Shown in pieces: positions 1 to 11,941 of a stretch of DNA of 64,000 nt (position 1 is the stretch's first letter; each line of letters opens with the position of its first letter). Made by a program: the position numbers and the translations under genes. Where the stretch lies: the NCBI GenBank assembly GCA_037388465.1, contig JARRKE010000001.1, positions 7,667-71,666 on the forward strand, in the 5' to 3' direction. The stretch is from Gammaproteobacteria bacterium (GTDB lineage: Bacteria > Pseudomonadota > Gammaproteobacteria > SpSt-1174). Under the pieces are notes generated by a model, which saw only the letters and a list, made by a program, of their open reading frames with translations, was not told where the DNA came from and made no database searches.

Positions 1-1122
<1,122 letters not shown>

Positions 1123-1202
1123 GCTCCGGGGCGCCGCCGCATGGGGCGGTATTTGGCACTAGTCAGGGCGGGTTCGTTGTGATAGATTTCCCCGCCTCTA
1201 CA

Positions 1203-1278
1203 GGCGCGTAGCTCAGTTGGTTAGAGCACCACCTTGACATGGTGGGGGTCGTTGGTTCGAGTCCAATCGCGCCTACCA
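1203..1278 (+). tRNA. tRNA-Val (anticodon GAC)
   Basis: GGCGCGTAGCTCAGTTGGTTAGAGC...GGTTCGAGTCC...CCA cloverleaf. Anticodon loop TTGACAT between CCACC/GGTGG stems gives anticodon GAC. Genomically encoded CCA. Confidence 0.85.
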
Positions 1279-1302
1279 ACAATTTCCCGATCAAAACGAA
1301 AA

Positions 1303-1330
1303 GGCCCCGCATAGCGGGGCCTTTTCGTTT
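1303..1330. terminator. Bidirectional rho-independent terminator (tRNA-Val on + strand, gdhA on - strand)
   Basis: GGCCCCGC-ATA-GCGGGGCC perfect 8-bp GC stem. It is followed by TTTTCGTTT on + and preceded by the reverse-complement T-tract (CGAAAA) on -. Confidence 0.6.
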
Positions 1331-1349
1331 CCAGGGCTGCGTGGGCTCC

Positions 1350-2714
1350 TCACGGCCAGACCCCGCGCTCCATAGTGATTTTGCTCAGTCGCTCGACGGC
1401 GATCATCAATGCGGCGGTGCGCAGGTCTATGGCCACGGCCTCCTGGTCTTCTGGAGTCTCGCCGGGGTTGCCACCGATATCGCTGGAAAGCGTCCGCCAT
1501 CGGCTCACCACTATATCGATGGCGTGATGCATCTTGGATCTTAGCTTGCCGGTGACTTCCGGCAGCTCCCACTGTTCGTTTTGCGTGTTCTGTACCCACT
1601 CGAAGTAGCTGACGACCACGCCGCCGGCGTTGGCCAGTATGTCGGGCAGCACGTGAATGCCTTTGGCGTTGAGTATTTGGTCGGCCGCGGGTGTAACCGG
1701 GCCGTTGGCGCCTTCGACGATCAGCCTGGCTTTGATTCTGTCGGCGTTGTCGCGATGAATCGTGTTGCTCAGCGCGGCAGGGATGAGGATGTCGCAGTCG
1801 GATTCCAGTAAAGACGCGTTGGTGAGGGTCTGCGTTTCAGGCAGACCGACGACCGTGCCGTGTTCCTGCTTGTGGGCGGTAGCAGCTTCCAGGTCGATTC
1901 CCTGTTCCGAGTAAACGGCACCCTGTGAATCGCTGATGCCGACGATGATGGCACCGGCCTTTCTGAACGCATAGGCCGCCACGGAGCCGACATTGCCGAA
2001 TCCCTGGATCGCCACCCTGGCGCCTTTGATGGAATGCAGGTCGGGCACCAGTTCCTTGGCCAGAAATCTTTGGGCGGCGTAAAAGACCCCGTGCCCGGTC
2101 GCCTCCAGGCGGCCCTCTGAACCACCTATGTCCAGTGGCTTGCCGGTAACGACGGGCAGGTTGTTGAGACCGGGATGCAGCGTGTCGTAGGTATCGTAGA
2201 TCCACGCCATGGTCTGCTCGTCCGTATACAGATCCGGCGCGGGAATATCGGTGTGCGGCCCAATGTCATCGCCGAGATCGGTGATGAAACGCCGCGTGAT
2301 GCGCTGTACCTCTTTCCGGCTCAATTCTTTGGTATCGCAGGCGACTCCGCCTTTGGCGCCGCCAAACGGCACGTCGATCAAGGCGCACTTCCATGTCATC
2401 AGCGCGGCCAGAAAACGCACTTCATCCGCAGTCACATCCGGGTGATAGCGCATGCCGCCTTTGCCGGGGCCCAGAACGTGATTGTGAACGACACGGTAGC
2501 CCTTGAATATGCGTACCCGGCCGTCATCCATCTCCACCGGGAAGCAGATGCTGATCGTGCGCCGGGGGGCATTCAGAAAAATGAACAGCTCGCGCGTACC
2601 GCCGTCCAGCAGCGAGACTGCACGCTCCAGACGCTGCGCACTGATATGCGAAGGGGTGAGGTCCTCCGGCTCGCCGGCCTGCGGGGTATCCGCTGTTTTA
2701 TCGGAATCGACCAT
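1350..2714 (-). CDS. gdhA: NADP-specific glutamate dehydrogenase (Glu/Leu/Phe/Val dehydrogenase family)
   Basis: 454 aa. Catalytic-region motifs KGGMRYHPDV and VPFGGAKGG, plus a GFGNVG Rossmann motif. Typical GdhA length. Confidence 0.9.
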   Translation of the reverse strand: MVDSDKTADTPQAGEPEDLTPSHISAQRLERAVSLLDGGTRELFIFLNAPRRTISICFPVEMDDGRVRIFKGYRVVHNHVLGPGKGGMRYHPDVTADEVRFLAALMTWKCALIDVPFGGAKGGVACDTKELSRKEVQRITRRFITDLGDDIGPHTDIPAPDLYTDEQTMAWIYDTYDTLHPGLNNLPVVTGKPLDIGGSEGRLEATGHGVFYAAQRFLAKELVPDLHSIKGARVAIQGFGNVGSVAAYAFRKAGAIIVGISDSQGAVYSEQGIDLEAATAHKQEHGTVVGLPETQTLTNASLLESDCDILIPAALSNTIHRDNADRIKARLIVEGANGPVTPAADQILNAKGIHVLPDILANAGGVVVSYFEWVQNTQNEQWELPEVTGKLRSKMHHAIDIVVSRWRTLSSDIGGNPGETPEDQEAVAIDLRTAALMIAVERLSKITMERGVWP

Positions 2715-2820
2715 GTTGCTTCAACACGCCGTGTTCACTGTTGTTTCGACCGTTTAACACCCGGCAAGGCTATCACATGCAGGGACTCGGCACGGAGGCG
2801 GTGCCTGCCGCGCACGGCGG

Positions 2821-3717
2821 TCAGTCGCCGCGCGTACGGTCCGTGGCGGAAAGCTGGCGTTGCAGCTTGACGATGGCGGAGGAGTCCAGCTCTCCGTCGC
2901 CGCGACCGACCAGGGCGTTGATCAGTTGGGTGACGAGCGCCGCGCCGGGCAGGGCGATGCCGAGTTCGGCCGCGGTCTGCAGGGCGATGCCCATGTCCTT
3001 GCTGTGCAGACGCGCCTTGAAGCCCGGTTTGAAGTCGCGATCCAGCATGCGCTGGCCATGGATTTCCAGGGCGCGCGAGCCGGCGAAGCCGCCGAGCAGG
3101 GCCTCGCGCACCTTGGCCGCGTCGACGCCGGAGGTCTCGGCGAGGACGAAGGCCTCGCCGATGCCGGCGATGGTCTGGGCGATGACGACCTGGTTGCAGG
3201 CCTTGCAGACCTGTCCGGCGCCATTGGTGCCCACGTGGACGATGTTCTGGCCGAGAACCTCGAACAACGGTTTGACGCGCGTGAAGACCGCATCCTTGCC
3301 ACCGACCATGATGGACAGCGTGCCGTTGATGGCACCCTGTTCGCCGCCGGAAACAGGGGCATCGAGCATTTCAACGCCCTTCTCGGACAACCGTTCGGCC
3401 ATTGCCCGGGTGGCCGAGGGCGAGATGGTGCTGTTATCCACGACCACGGCGCCGGCTTGCGCACCTTCGAGGATACCTGCCTCGCCCAATACGACCTGTT
3501 GCACGTCGGGCGTGTCGGAGACGTTGGTGAAGATGATGTCGGCCTCGGCGGCGACCTCCGCGGCGGATTTGCAGGCCGTGGCGCCGGCCTCCAGCAGCGG
3601 TTGCATGGCGGCCTCGCGGCGGGCCCAGACCCTGACCGGGTAGCCCGCCTTGAGGAGGTTGAGCGCCATGGGACGCCCCATGATTCCCAGTCCGATGTAG
3701 CCGACACGTTCGCTCAT
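2821..3717 (-). CDS. garR: 2-hydroxy-3-oxopropionate (tartronate semialdehyde) reductase, HIBADH family
   Basis: 298 aa. N-terminal GYIGLGIMGRPMALNLLKAGY Rossmann motif. DAPVSGG, MVGG and FKPGF(K/R) blocks are collinear with the E. coli GarR/GlxR sequence as recalled. Confidence 0.8.
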   Translation of the reverse strand: MSERVGYIGLGIMGRPMALNLLKAGYPVRVWARREAAMQPLLEAGATACKSAAEVAAEADIIFTNVSDTPDVQQVVLGEAGILEGAQAGAVVVDNSTISPSATRAMAERLSEKGVEMLDAPVSGGEQGAINGTLSIMVGGKDAVFTRVKPLFEVLGQNIVHVGTNGAGQVCKACNQVVIAQTIAGIGEAFVLAETSGVDAAKVREALLGGFAGSRALEIHGQRMLDRDFKPGFKARLHSKDMGIALQTAAELGIALPGAALVTQLINALVGRGDGELDSSAIVKLQRQLSATDRTRGD

Positions 3718-3742
3718 TGTTTCTTCCCGTCAGTTGGCTGCG

Positions 3743-5971
3743 TCAGGAACCGGCACCATACACCACGTCCGGCAGCCAGGTAATGATGCCCGGGAACAGG
3801 ACGCAGAGGATCAGACCGGTCAGCTGCATGATCAGGAAGGCGATCGACGAGCGGAAGATCGTGCCCATGCTTATTTCGGGCGGGCAGACACCGCGAATGT
3901 AGAACAGCGCGTAGCCGAACGGCGGACTGAGGAAGGACATCTGCATGTTGACCAGGAACAGCACGCCGAACCACAGCGCCAGATCATCGGCTTCAGGCGC
4001 AGGCAGCCCGAACATCCCACCGAAGGCCAGCGACTTGATGATGGGTACGAAGATCGGCACGGTCAGCAGCAGGATGCCGACCCAGTCCAGGAACATGCCC
4101 AGGAAGATGAGCATGATCATCATTACCAGCAGGATGCCGTACGGCGACAGGCCCGAACCGAGAATGCTTTCCGTGATGAACTGCTGGCCACCCTGGAGGA
4201 TAAAGAACCCGACGAAGATCGACGCGCCGAAAATGATCCACAGCACCATGGCCGAGGCGCGCGCCGTGGTAATGGATGCCTCGCGCACGGCCTGGAGACT
4301 GAACCGTCCGTGCATGGCCGCGACCACCATGGCACCGAACGATCCGATACCGGCCGCCTCGACCGGGGTGGCGATACCCGCGAACAGCAGGCCCAGGACC
4401 AGGAAGACCAGAGCGACCGGCGCTGCAAGCCGGAACAGCAGCATGAGCTTTTCCTTCAGATTGACGCGTTCCTCCACGGGCAGGGATGGCCCCATTTCCG
4501 GTTTGAGCCAGGTGCGGATCAGCACGTAAAGGACGTATGTGCCGGACAGCATCAGACCCGGCAGCACGGAACCGAGGTAGAGCCGGCCGACGGACTGCTG
4601 CGCCACCACGGCGTACAGAATGGCGAGAATGGAGGGTGGGATCAGAATACCCAGCGTGCCGCCGGCCATGATCGAACCGAGGGCGATCTGCGGGTCGTAC
4701 TTGCGTTTGAGCATGGCGGGCAGGGCGATGATGCCCATGGTCACCACCGCGGCGCCGATCACCCCGACCATCGCGGCCAGAATGGTGGAGGCCAGGATGG
4801 TGGCCGCGGCCAGTCCGCCGCGCAGTCCGCCCATCCACTTGTAGACCACGTCGAACATCTCCTCGATCAGGCCGGCGCGTTCCAGCATGGAGGCCATGAA
4901 GATGAACAGCGGAATGGCCGCCAGGTCCGAGTTGGCCATGAGCGGAAAGATCCGGCTCGGGATGATGTTGAGCATGGTCTGCCCGCCGACCAGATAGATC
5001 CATACCACCCCCAGTCCGCCGACCACGAAGGCCATGGGCAGGCCCATCATGAGCAGGGCGGCGAGTGAAACGAACATCAGGATGGTCAGCGTGGCGACAT
5101 CGACGTTGCTCAAGACGCCGCTCAGAGTGAACAGGAAGTGCTTGTCGCCGTACGGGTCGTAGAACAGGATGTTGACCAACTGGATCAGCGACACCAGCAA
5201 CACGATGCCCATGGCGCCGAGCAGTATGTACGTGCCGATCTTGCCGCGCCTGCTGGTCTCCGACTCAGCGGAGGATTGTGCGGTATCGATGCCCTGACGC
5301 CGCAGCTGGCGATACACCTGGATATCCTTGATCAGCTTGGACAGGCCGGCCAGGGTCAGCAGAACCGCGCCCAGCACCATCGTGGCCTTGATCGGATAGA
5401 ACTGGATGCGCCAGGTTTCGTCCGTGGTCTCCAGCATGCCGAGCGAGTCCGTGAAGAAGGTCCAGGACGTGCCGAGCATGGCCAGCGAGAACATGAAAAA
5501 GAACGCCGACGTAAAGATATCCATGCCGATCTGCCCGAGCTTGGGCAGCTTGACGTAGATCACGTCGACCCGGACGTGGTCGCCGTGCAGCAGAGCGAAT
5601 GCCCCGGCGATCACATATTGCATGCCGAACATCAGATAAGAGGCCTGATGCACCCAGATGGTCGGTGCGTCGAACAGGTAGCGCGATACGACCTCGTAGA
5701 AGTAGGCGCACACCGCATTGACGGTCCACAGCGAGACGAACACGCCGCTTTGTTCGCTCACCCAGTCGATGCCGCGGGTAAGCCAGTTGCCCGGTGCATG
5801 CAGTGCGGGGTCTTCTTCGGCAAGAACCTGGAGGGCGGTCTCCTCGTCGGGCGAGGGGGTGGCGGCAAGTTTCGAACTCTTGCGTGTAAGCCACATGAAG
5901 ATGACGGGCATGATCGCCAGCCATCCCCAATACACCCAATGGGGTAGAACGATATTGACTGATTCGGACAT
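3743..5971 (-). CDS. TRAP transporter fused small/large permease (DctQ-DctM fusion)
   Basis: 742 aa, highly hydrophobic multi-TM protein with an N-terminal 4-TM region followed by a 12-TM DctM-like region. Immediately downstream of a DctP-type SBP gene. Confidence 0.8.
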   Translation of the reverse strand: MSESVNIVLPHWVYWGWLAIMPVIFMWLTRKSSKLAATPSPDEETALQVLAEEDPALHAPGNWLTRGIDWVSEQSGVFVSLWTVNAVCAYFYEVVSRYLFDAPTIWVHQASYLMFGMQYVIAGAFALLHGDHVRVDVIYVKLPKLGQIGMDIFTSAFFFMFSLAMLGTSWTFFTDSLGMLETTDETWRIQFYPIKATMVLGAVLLTLAGLSKLIKDIQVYRQLRRQGIDTAQSSAESETSRRGKIGTYILLGAMGIVLLVSLIQLVNILFYDPYGDKHFLFTLSGVLSNVDVATLTILMFVSLAALLMMGLPMAFVVGGLGVVWIYLVGGQTMLNIIPSRIFPLMANSDLAAIPLFIFMASMLERAGLIEEMFDVVYKWMGGLRGGLAAATILASTILAAMVGVIGAAVVTMGIIALPAMLKRKYDPQIALGSIMAGGTLGILIPPSILAILYAVVAQQSVGRLYLGSVLPGLMLSGTYVLYVLIRTWLKPEMGPSLPVEERVNLKEKLMLLFRLAAPVALVFLVLGLLFAGIATPVEAAGIGSFGAMVVAAMHGRFSLQAVREASITTARASAMVLWIIFGASIFVGFFILQGGQQFITESILGSGLSPYGILLVMMIMLIFLGMFLDWVGILLLTVPIFVPIIKSLAFGGMFGLPAPEADDLALWFGVLFLVNMQMSFLSPPFGYALFYIRGVCPPEISMGTIFRSSIAFLIMQLTGLILCVLFPGIITWLPDVVYGAGS

Positions 5972-6009
5972 GGTCGTGGGTTACCGGAGGTGATGAAGTT
6001 TTATAAAGG

Positions 6010-6032
6010 GCGGACGGCGCACTGCCGTCCGC
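6010..6032 (-). terminator. Intercistronic hairpin between the TRAP SBP and permease genes (partial terminator/attenuator)
   Basis: GCGGACGGC-5 nt loop-GCCGTCCGC perfect 9-bp stem, 29 nt after the dctP stop. Followed on the minus strand by a U-rich CCUUUAUAAAA stretch. Confidence 0.45.
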
Positions 6033-6060
6033 TACACTCAACGACGGTCTTCAAGCCCGG

Positions 6061-7218
6061 TTACAGGCTGAGTCCTTTGATGTCGTCCTTCGTCACGTAA
6101 CCCATATAGGGGTTGAGCATGTAGTCGAGCTGGAGCTTGAAGACCCGCTTGGCGTCGGGGTTCTTCTTGGCCCATTCGTACCACACAGGGATTGCCGCAC
6201 GCCGGAACCGCGTCACGTCTTCCGGTGACAGGCGCGAAACGCTGGTGCCGGCCTTGAGGAACTTGTCCATCGCAACCAAGTCCGCTTTCTGGATGGCGGT
6301 GTAATGGTGCACGGAATAGGTCTGCACCTGTTCCTCGACGAACTTCTGCATCTTGGGCGACAGTCGCTTCCAGGCACCCATGTTCACGGTCAGGTCCATC
6401 AGGTCCACCGGCTGATACAGCGAGGTGTGTCCGGGAGGGCCCATGCAGATGATGTATTTCGTCACCTCGGCGAAGCCAAGGTCCCAGTTGATCGCCGGGC
6501 CCACGTAGTCGGCCGCGTCGATGGTGCCTTTCTCCAGTGCGGGGTAGATGTCCGAACCGGGCATGCTGGTGGTGCTGACGCCGAATTTCTCGAACACCTC
6601 CGCGACCATGCCGCCGGGCAGGCGGATCTTCATGCCCTTGAGCTGTTCCAGGTTGTCGACCGGGGTCTTGGAGTGAATGATGTTGGCGTCGTGCTGGATG
6701 GGGCCCACGTAGAACAGCCCGTACTTCTTATAGATGTCTCGGGTCATTTCCAGCATGCCCAGACCGTAGAACATCGTTTCCCACTGACTCGGCAGATCGG
6801 GACCGGCGGGATAGGATGACAGGAACACCGTGGCGGGGATCTTGCCGGACCAGTAGAGCGAGAACGGATTCATCGCCTGCAGCACGCCGCTGCGTACGGC
6901 GTCGAACAGGGCGTTATTGTCCGCCGCGACGGATTTCGCGGGGAAGGGTTTGAAGCTCAGTTCGCCCCCCGATTTTTCCTTGATGCTGTTGCACCAGCCC
7001 TCGAACAGCTTGTAGCCCGTGGTGCCGGCATCCCAGGTGGTCTGGACCTTCCAGGTCTGCGTGCTGGCGGCTTCCGCACTACGGATGTATGGCGCCCCCA
7101 GTATGACGGCTCCCCCCGCGATCGCCGCGTTTTTCAAAAATTTGCGGCGACCCGATGCGGTCTCCTCGCCCTCCGTGCCCAGCGTACTTTTGTCCTCTGG
7201 TTTATCACTGTTAGTCAT
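6061..7218 (-). CDS. TRAP transporter substrate-binding protein (DctP family) with Tat signal
   Basis: DctP-type SBP sequence. Twin-arginine motif SGRRKFLKNAAIAGGAVIL. Start chosen at the ATG at 7218 (MTNSDK..) because a GAGGGGAG RBS lies 5 nt upstream; the ORF track extends to 7293. Confidence 0.8.
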   Translation of the reverse strand: MTNSDKPEDKSTLGTEGEETASGRRKFLKNAAIAGGAVILGAPYIRSAEAASTQTWKVQTTWDAGTTGYKLFEGWCNSIKEKSGGELSFKPFPAKSVAADNNALFDAVRSGVLQAMNPFSLYWSGKIPATVFLSSYPAGPDLPSQWETMFYGLGMLEMTRDIYKKYGLFYVGPIQHDANIIHSKTPVDNLEQLKGMKIRLPGGMVAEVFEKFGVSTTSMPGSDIYPALEKGTIDAADYVGPAINWDLGFAEVTKYIICMGPPGHTSLYQPVDLMDLTVNMGAWKRLSPKMQKFVEEQVQTYSVHHYTAIQKADLVAMDKFLKAGTSVSRLSPEDVTRFRRAAIPVWYEWAKKNPDAKRVFKLQLDYMLNPYMGYVTKDDIKGLSL

Positions 7219-7320
7219 GACGCTCCCCTCTCTTTGGTAGTCAGGCCTTGTCATGCAAGGCCCTGGTTTTTGTGCCTTCGAGATTACCCACAAGTAATAT
7301 CAGGGCACAAGCTTGCAGAA

Positions 7321-7438
7321 TGTGACATCGATTCCGTATGGCGAAAATATGAAACACGTCCTCCCATTCATAGCAGCGGATGGATTTGCTGCATGTGACA
7401 GTGTTTCCGTATGGCGAAAAATCAGGGCTGTTCCTCCC
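7321..7438. repeat. Two imperfect ~46-nt direct repeats in the TRAP-operon upstream / lutC downstream region
   Basis: Copy 1 at 7321-7367 and copy 2 at 7394-7438 share the cores TGTGACA, TTCCGTATGGCGAAAA and CCTCCCA. Copy 2 overlaps the last codons and stop of lutC. Confidence 0.5.
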
Positions 7439-8054
7439 ACAGGATCACATGGACATTACGGGGTCCATGCGCACCGAGCTGGATGGTTTGTTCGACATCG
7501 GCCGTACGCGAAGGACCGGTGATGAGATTCAGGCTGCGTGGAAACGCCCCCTGTTCCTCGAGCATCAGCCGGAAGGCATCCTCCATGTAGGGCACCACGC
7601 GTTCGGCGTCGATGACGCAGAGATAGATGTCGGGTAAAAAATTGAGCAGGGTAGGGGTCTGCCGGCTCGATCCCAGCACCAGACTGCCGGTCTCGGCAAT
7701 ACCCGCGAAGGCGACGCTGATCGCGACGCGGTCATGCGCCTCGAAAGGGCGGCGCAGCACTTTGAAGTCGTCCGGCCAGGGCAGCCGTTCGAGCAGGGGA
7801 TGCGGCGCGAGTACCGGATCGGTTGCCGCTTCCCGGCCGGCCAGATAGCGGCGTATCTCCTTGACCACCCCGGCGGCCGTCGTGGCGCGGGCGAGCGTGC
7901 CGGCCGCGGCCTCCAACCGGCCGGCAAAACGGTCGAGCAGCGGTCCGTCCCAGTGAGGATGCAGCGCTTCCCTCGCGGGGACGTCCGTCGCACGCTCCGG
8001 TTCGCGTGTGGTGCGCCGTACGCGTTCCAGAATGTCGTCGCGGGCGCTGCTCAC
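7422..8054 (-). CDS. lutC: Lactate utilisation protein C (LUD domain, YkgG family)
   Basis: C-terminal sequence is a LUD-domain protein. Start taken at GTG 8054, overlapping the lutB stop as GTGA with AAGGAA 7 nt upstream. The 363-aa track ORF is an N-terminal over-extension into lutB. Confidence 0.75.
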   Translation of the reverse strand: MSSARDDILERVRRTTREPERATDVPAREALHPHWDGPLLDRFAGRLEAAAGTLARATTAAGVVKEIRRYLAGREAATDPVLAPHPLLERLPWPDDFKVLRRPFEAHDRVAISVAFAGIAETGSLVLGSSRQTPTLLNFLPDIYLCVIDAERVVPYMEDAFRLMLEEQGAFPRSLNLITGPSRTADVEQTIQLGAHGPRNVHVILWEEQP

Positions 8055-9481
8055 GATCCGGTTCCTTCGCGTCGGGTACGGCGATACTGCGCCATGAAGC
8101 TCGGTCCCACCGGTGCCGGCAGGTCGCGCGCGCGGGTCCAGGCATCGGCGAGCGGCAGCCAGCGAAAGCGCCCCTGCCGCCGTCCCAGGAGGCCGAGCAG
8201 ACGCATGCCCGGACCCAGGATCCGGTGATAAAGCCGCGGACGCCGGGCCAGCCAGGCCCAGGCCTTGAGCGCATAGCGCGAACGGGGCGGCGTGAGTCGC
8301 GTCTCGAACTCCCGGATGCGATGCGCGCGCAGCATGCGCGGCAGCGGTATCGACATGGGGCAGACTTCCTCGCAGCGTCCGCACAGGGTCGAGGCGTTGG
8401 GCAGGTTGGCGCCTTCGGCGAGTCCGACCATGAGCGGGGTAAGCACCGAGCCCATGGGGCCGGGGTAAACCCAGCCGTAGGCGTGTCCTCCCACCGTGTT
8501 GTAGACCGGACAATGGTTCAGGCAGGCGCCGCAGCGGATGCAGCGCAGCATGTCGTGGAATTCGCCGCCCAGCATCTGCGAGCGCCCGTTGTCGATCAGC
8601 ACGATATGAAACGCTTCCGGACCATGGGCATCCTCGGGCCGACGCGGGCCGGTAAAGAACGTCGTGTAGGCGGTGGTTTCCTGACCGGTGGCGCTGCGCG
8701 CCAGCAGGCGCAGCAGCACGCTGGCGTCGTCCAGGGTGGGCACCACCTTTTCGATGCTCGCGGTGACGATATGGGTGCGCGGCAGGGTCGCGCTCAGATC
8801 ACCGTTGCCCTCGTTGGTGACGATCACGGTGGAGCCGGTTTCGGCTATCAGAAAGTTCGCACCGGTGATGCCCACGTCTGCACTGAGAAACTGTTCGCGC
8901 AGCACCTGGCGCGCCTCGTTGACGATGTCCGGCACGGTTTCCAGATGCTCGCCGAGTCCGTGCACGCGATGCGCTTCGCGGAAGAGATCGGCGATCTGCC
9001 CACGGGTCTTGTGAATGGCCGGCGCGATGATGTGCGAGGGCGGCTCGTGGGCGAGCTGCAGTATGTATTCCCCCAGGTCGGTTTCGATGGGTTCGAAACC
9101 GGCGGCTTCCAGGGCCGGGTTGATGCCGATCTCTTCGCCCACCATCGACTTGCCCTTGGCGACCCGTTTCGCACCGGCTTCCCGGCACAGGTTTACGACG
9201 ATGTCGCAGGCCTCGGCCGCGTCGCGTGCCCAGTGGACCTGTGCGCCGGCCTGCGTGGCCGCCGCCTCGAAACGTTCCAGGTGTTCGGCAAGTCGGGCGA
9301 GGGTACGGTCCTTGATGTCGCGGGCGGCTACGCGCAACGCCTCGAACTCGGGCAGGGCGTCGAGCGCGCTGCGCCGTTTGACGACGAAACCGCGTCCGAC
9401 GTTGCGCAGGGCCTGCTGCAACTGGACGTCGTCGAGCGCCGCCTCGACATTGTGTTTGAACGCATGGGATTGCGGGTTCAC
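8051..9481 (-). CDS. lutB: Lactate utilisation protein B (LldF-like iron-sulfur oxidase subunit, 4Fe-4S + DUF3390)
   Basis: 476 aa. Two ferredoxin-type Cys clusters (CIRCGACLNHCPVY and CGRCEEVCP) and LutB-type overall architecture. Confidence 0.85.
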   Translation of the reverse strand: MNPQSHAFKHNVEAALDDVQLQQALRNVGRGFVVKRRSALDALPEFEALRVAARDIKDRTLARLAEHLERFEAAATQAGAQVHWARDAAEACDIVVNLCREAGAKRVAKGKSMVGEEIGINPALEAAGFEPIETDLGEYILQLAHEPPSHIIAPAIHKTRGQIADLFREAHRVHGLGEHLETVPDIVNEARQVLREQFLSADVGITGANFLIAETGSTVIVTNEGNGDLSATLPRTHIVTASIEKVVPTLDDASVLLRLLARSATGQETTAYTTFFTGPRRPEDAHGPEAFHIVLIDNGRSQMLGGEFHDMLRCIRCGACLNHCPVYNTVGGHAYGWVYPGPMGSVLTPLMVGLAEGANLPNASTLCGRCEEVCPMSIPLPRMLRAHRIREFETRLTPPRSRYALKAWAWLARRPRLYHRILGPGMRLLGLLGRRQGRFRWLPLADAWTRARDLPAPVGPSFMAQYRRTRREGTGS

Positions 9482-10233
9482 GCGGATTCCCCGTCACCGA
9501 TGCCTGGCACGTCCGTCATGCCGGCCAGGACTTCCGCGACGTGATACACGCGCACGGTGCTGTCGAGTCGCTTGAGCCGGCCGGCGATGTTGAGCAGACA
9601 GCCGAGATCACCCGCCAGCAGGGTGTCGGCGCCGCTCGCCTCGATGGCGGCCACCTTGTCGCTCACCATGCGTTCGGAGATGTCCGGATACTTGACGCAA
9701 AAGGTGCCGCCGAAACCGCAGCACACCTCGGTATCACGCATTTCCTTGAGAGTCAGTCCGTCCACCGTGCCCAACAGGCGGCGCGGTTGAGCCCGGACCT
9801 GCATTTCGCGCAGCGAGGAACAGGAGTCGTGGTAGGTGACCGTGCCGTCGTAGGTCGCGTCGACGCCGGCGAGGCCGGCGACATCGGTCAAGAACTGCAT
9901 GAGTTCGTAAGTGCGTTCGGCCAACGATTCGGCACGGGCCTGCCAGCCCGGCTCGTCGCCGAACAGCTCGGGATAATGCAGCCTGAGCATGCCGGCACAG
10001 GAACCCGAGGGCACCACGACGTAGGGGTAGTCCTCGAAGGTCTCGATGACCTGCCGGGCGATGGCCTTGGCATCGTCGCGGTCGCCGTTGTTGTAGGCAG
10101 GTTGGCCGCAGCAGGTTTGCATCTGCGGCACGTCGACCTGGACGCCGGCCTGTTCGAGCAATTTGAGGGCGGCGAAGCCGACCTGGGGACGAAACAGGTC
10201 GGCAAGACAGGTGACGAACAGGGCGGCGCGCAT
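9478..10233 (-). CDS. lutA: Lactate utilisation protein A (LldE-like, CCG cysteine-rich domain Fe-S oxidoreductase)
   Basis: 251 aa. N-terminal VTCLAD opening block and duplicated CCG-type cysteine motifs (..CCGQPAYNNG.., ..CCGFGGTF..). Stop overlaps the lutB start by 4 nt. Confidence 0.85.
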   Translation of the reverse strand: MRAALFVTCLADLFRPQVGFAALKLLEQAGVQVDVPQMQTCCGQPAYNNGDRDDAKAIARQVIETFEDYPYVVVPSGSCAGMLRLHYPELFGDEPGWQARAESLAERTYELMQFLTDVAGLAGVDATYDGTVTYHDSCSSLREMQVRAQPRRLLGTVDGLTLKEMRDTEVCCGFGGTFCVKYPDISERMVSDKVAAIEASGADTLLAGDLGCLLNIAGRLKRLDSTVRVYHVAEVLAGMTDVPGIGDGESA

Positions 10234-10342
10234 GATTTGAAGTTATTGATTTAAATGACGCATGGATGATCCTAGCGTGTGGGCGCTTGAGATCAAGCAG
10301 CTTCTGCTTATCTGCTTATGAAGCGACGTCGTTATTTATTTC

Positions 10343-11941
<1,599 letters not shown>

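Noticed and set aside
3734-5068. 444-aa and several 100-340-aa ORFs overlapping the TRAP permease gene in other frames
   Set aside because: Charged low-complexity (His/Arg/Asp/Gln) translations, whereas the minus-strand frame gives a coherent polytopic membrane protein.
5986-6078. 30-aa ORF with a GGAGG motif between the TRAP genes
   Set aside because: RBS-ATG spacing is only 3 nt, the translation is unconserved-looking, and the region is better explained as the intercistronic hairpin.
7313-7637. Small ORFs (69 and 85 aa) spanning the direct repeats
   Set aside because: The two repeat copies are read in different frames, so the repeat is not peptide-coding. The ORFs overlap the lutC 3' end on the opposite strand.
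7422-8513. 363-aa version of lutC
   Set aside because: The N-terminal 150 aa overlap lutB in another frame and are Arg/Gly-rich with no LUD similarity. A GTG at 8054 with an RBS gives a normal-length LutC.
8006-9544. 512-aa ORF antisense to lutB, and 20096-22192 (698 aa) antisense to pheS/pheT
   Set aside because: GC-driven spurious frames. The sense-strand genes are highly conserved housekeeping or Fe-S proteins.
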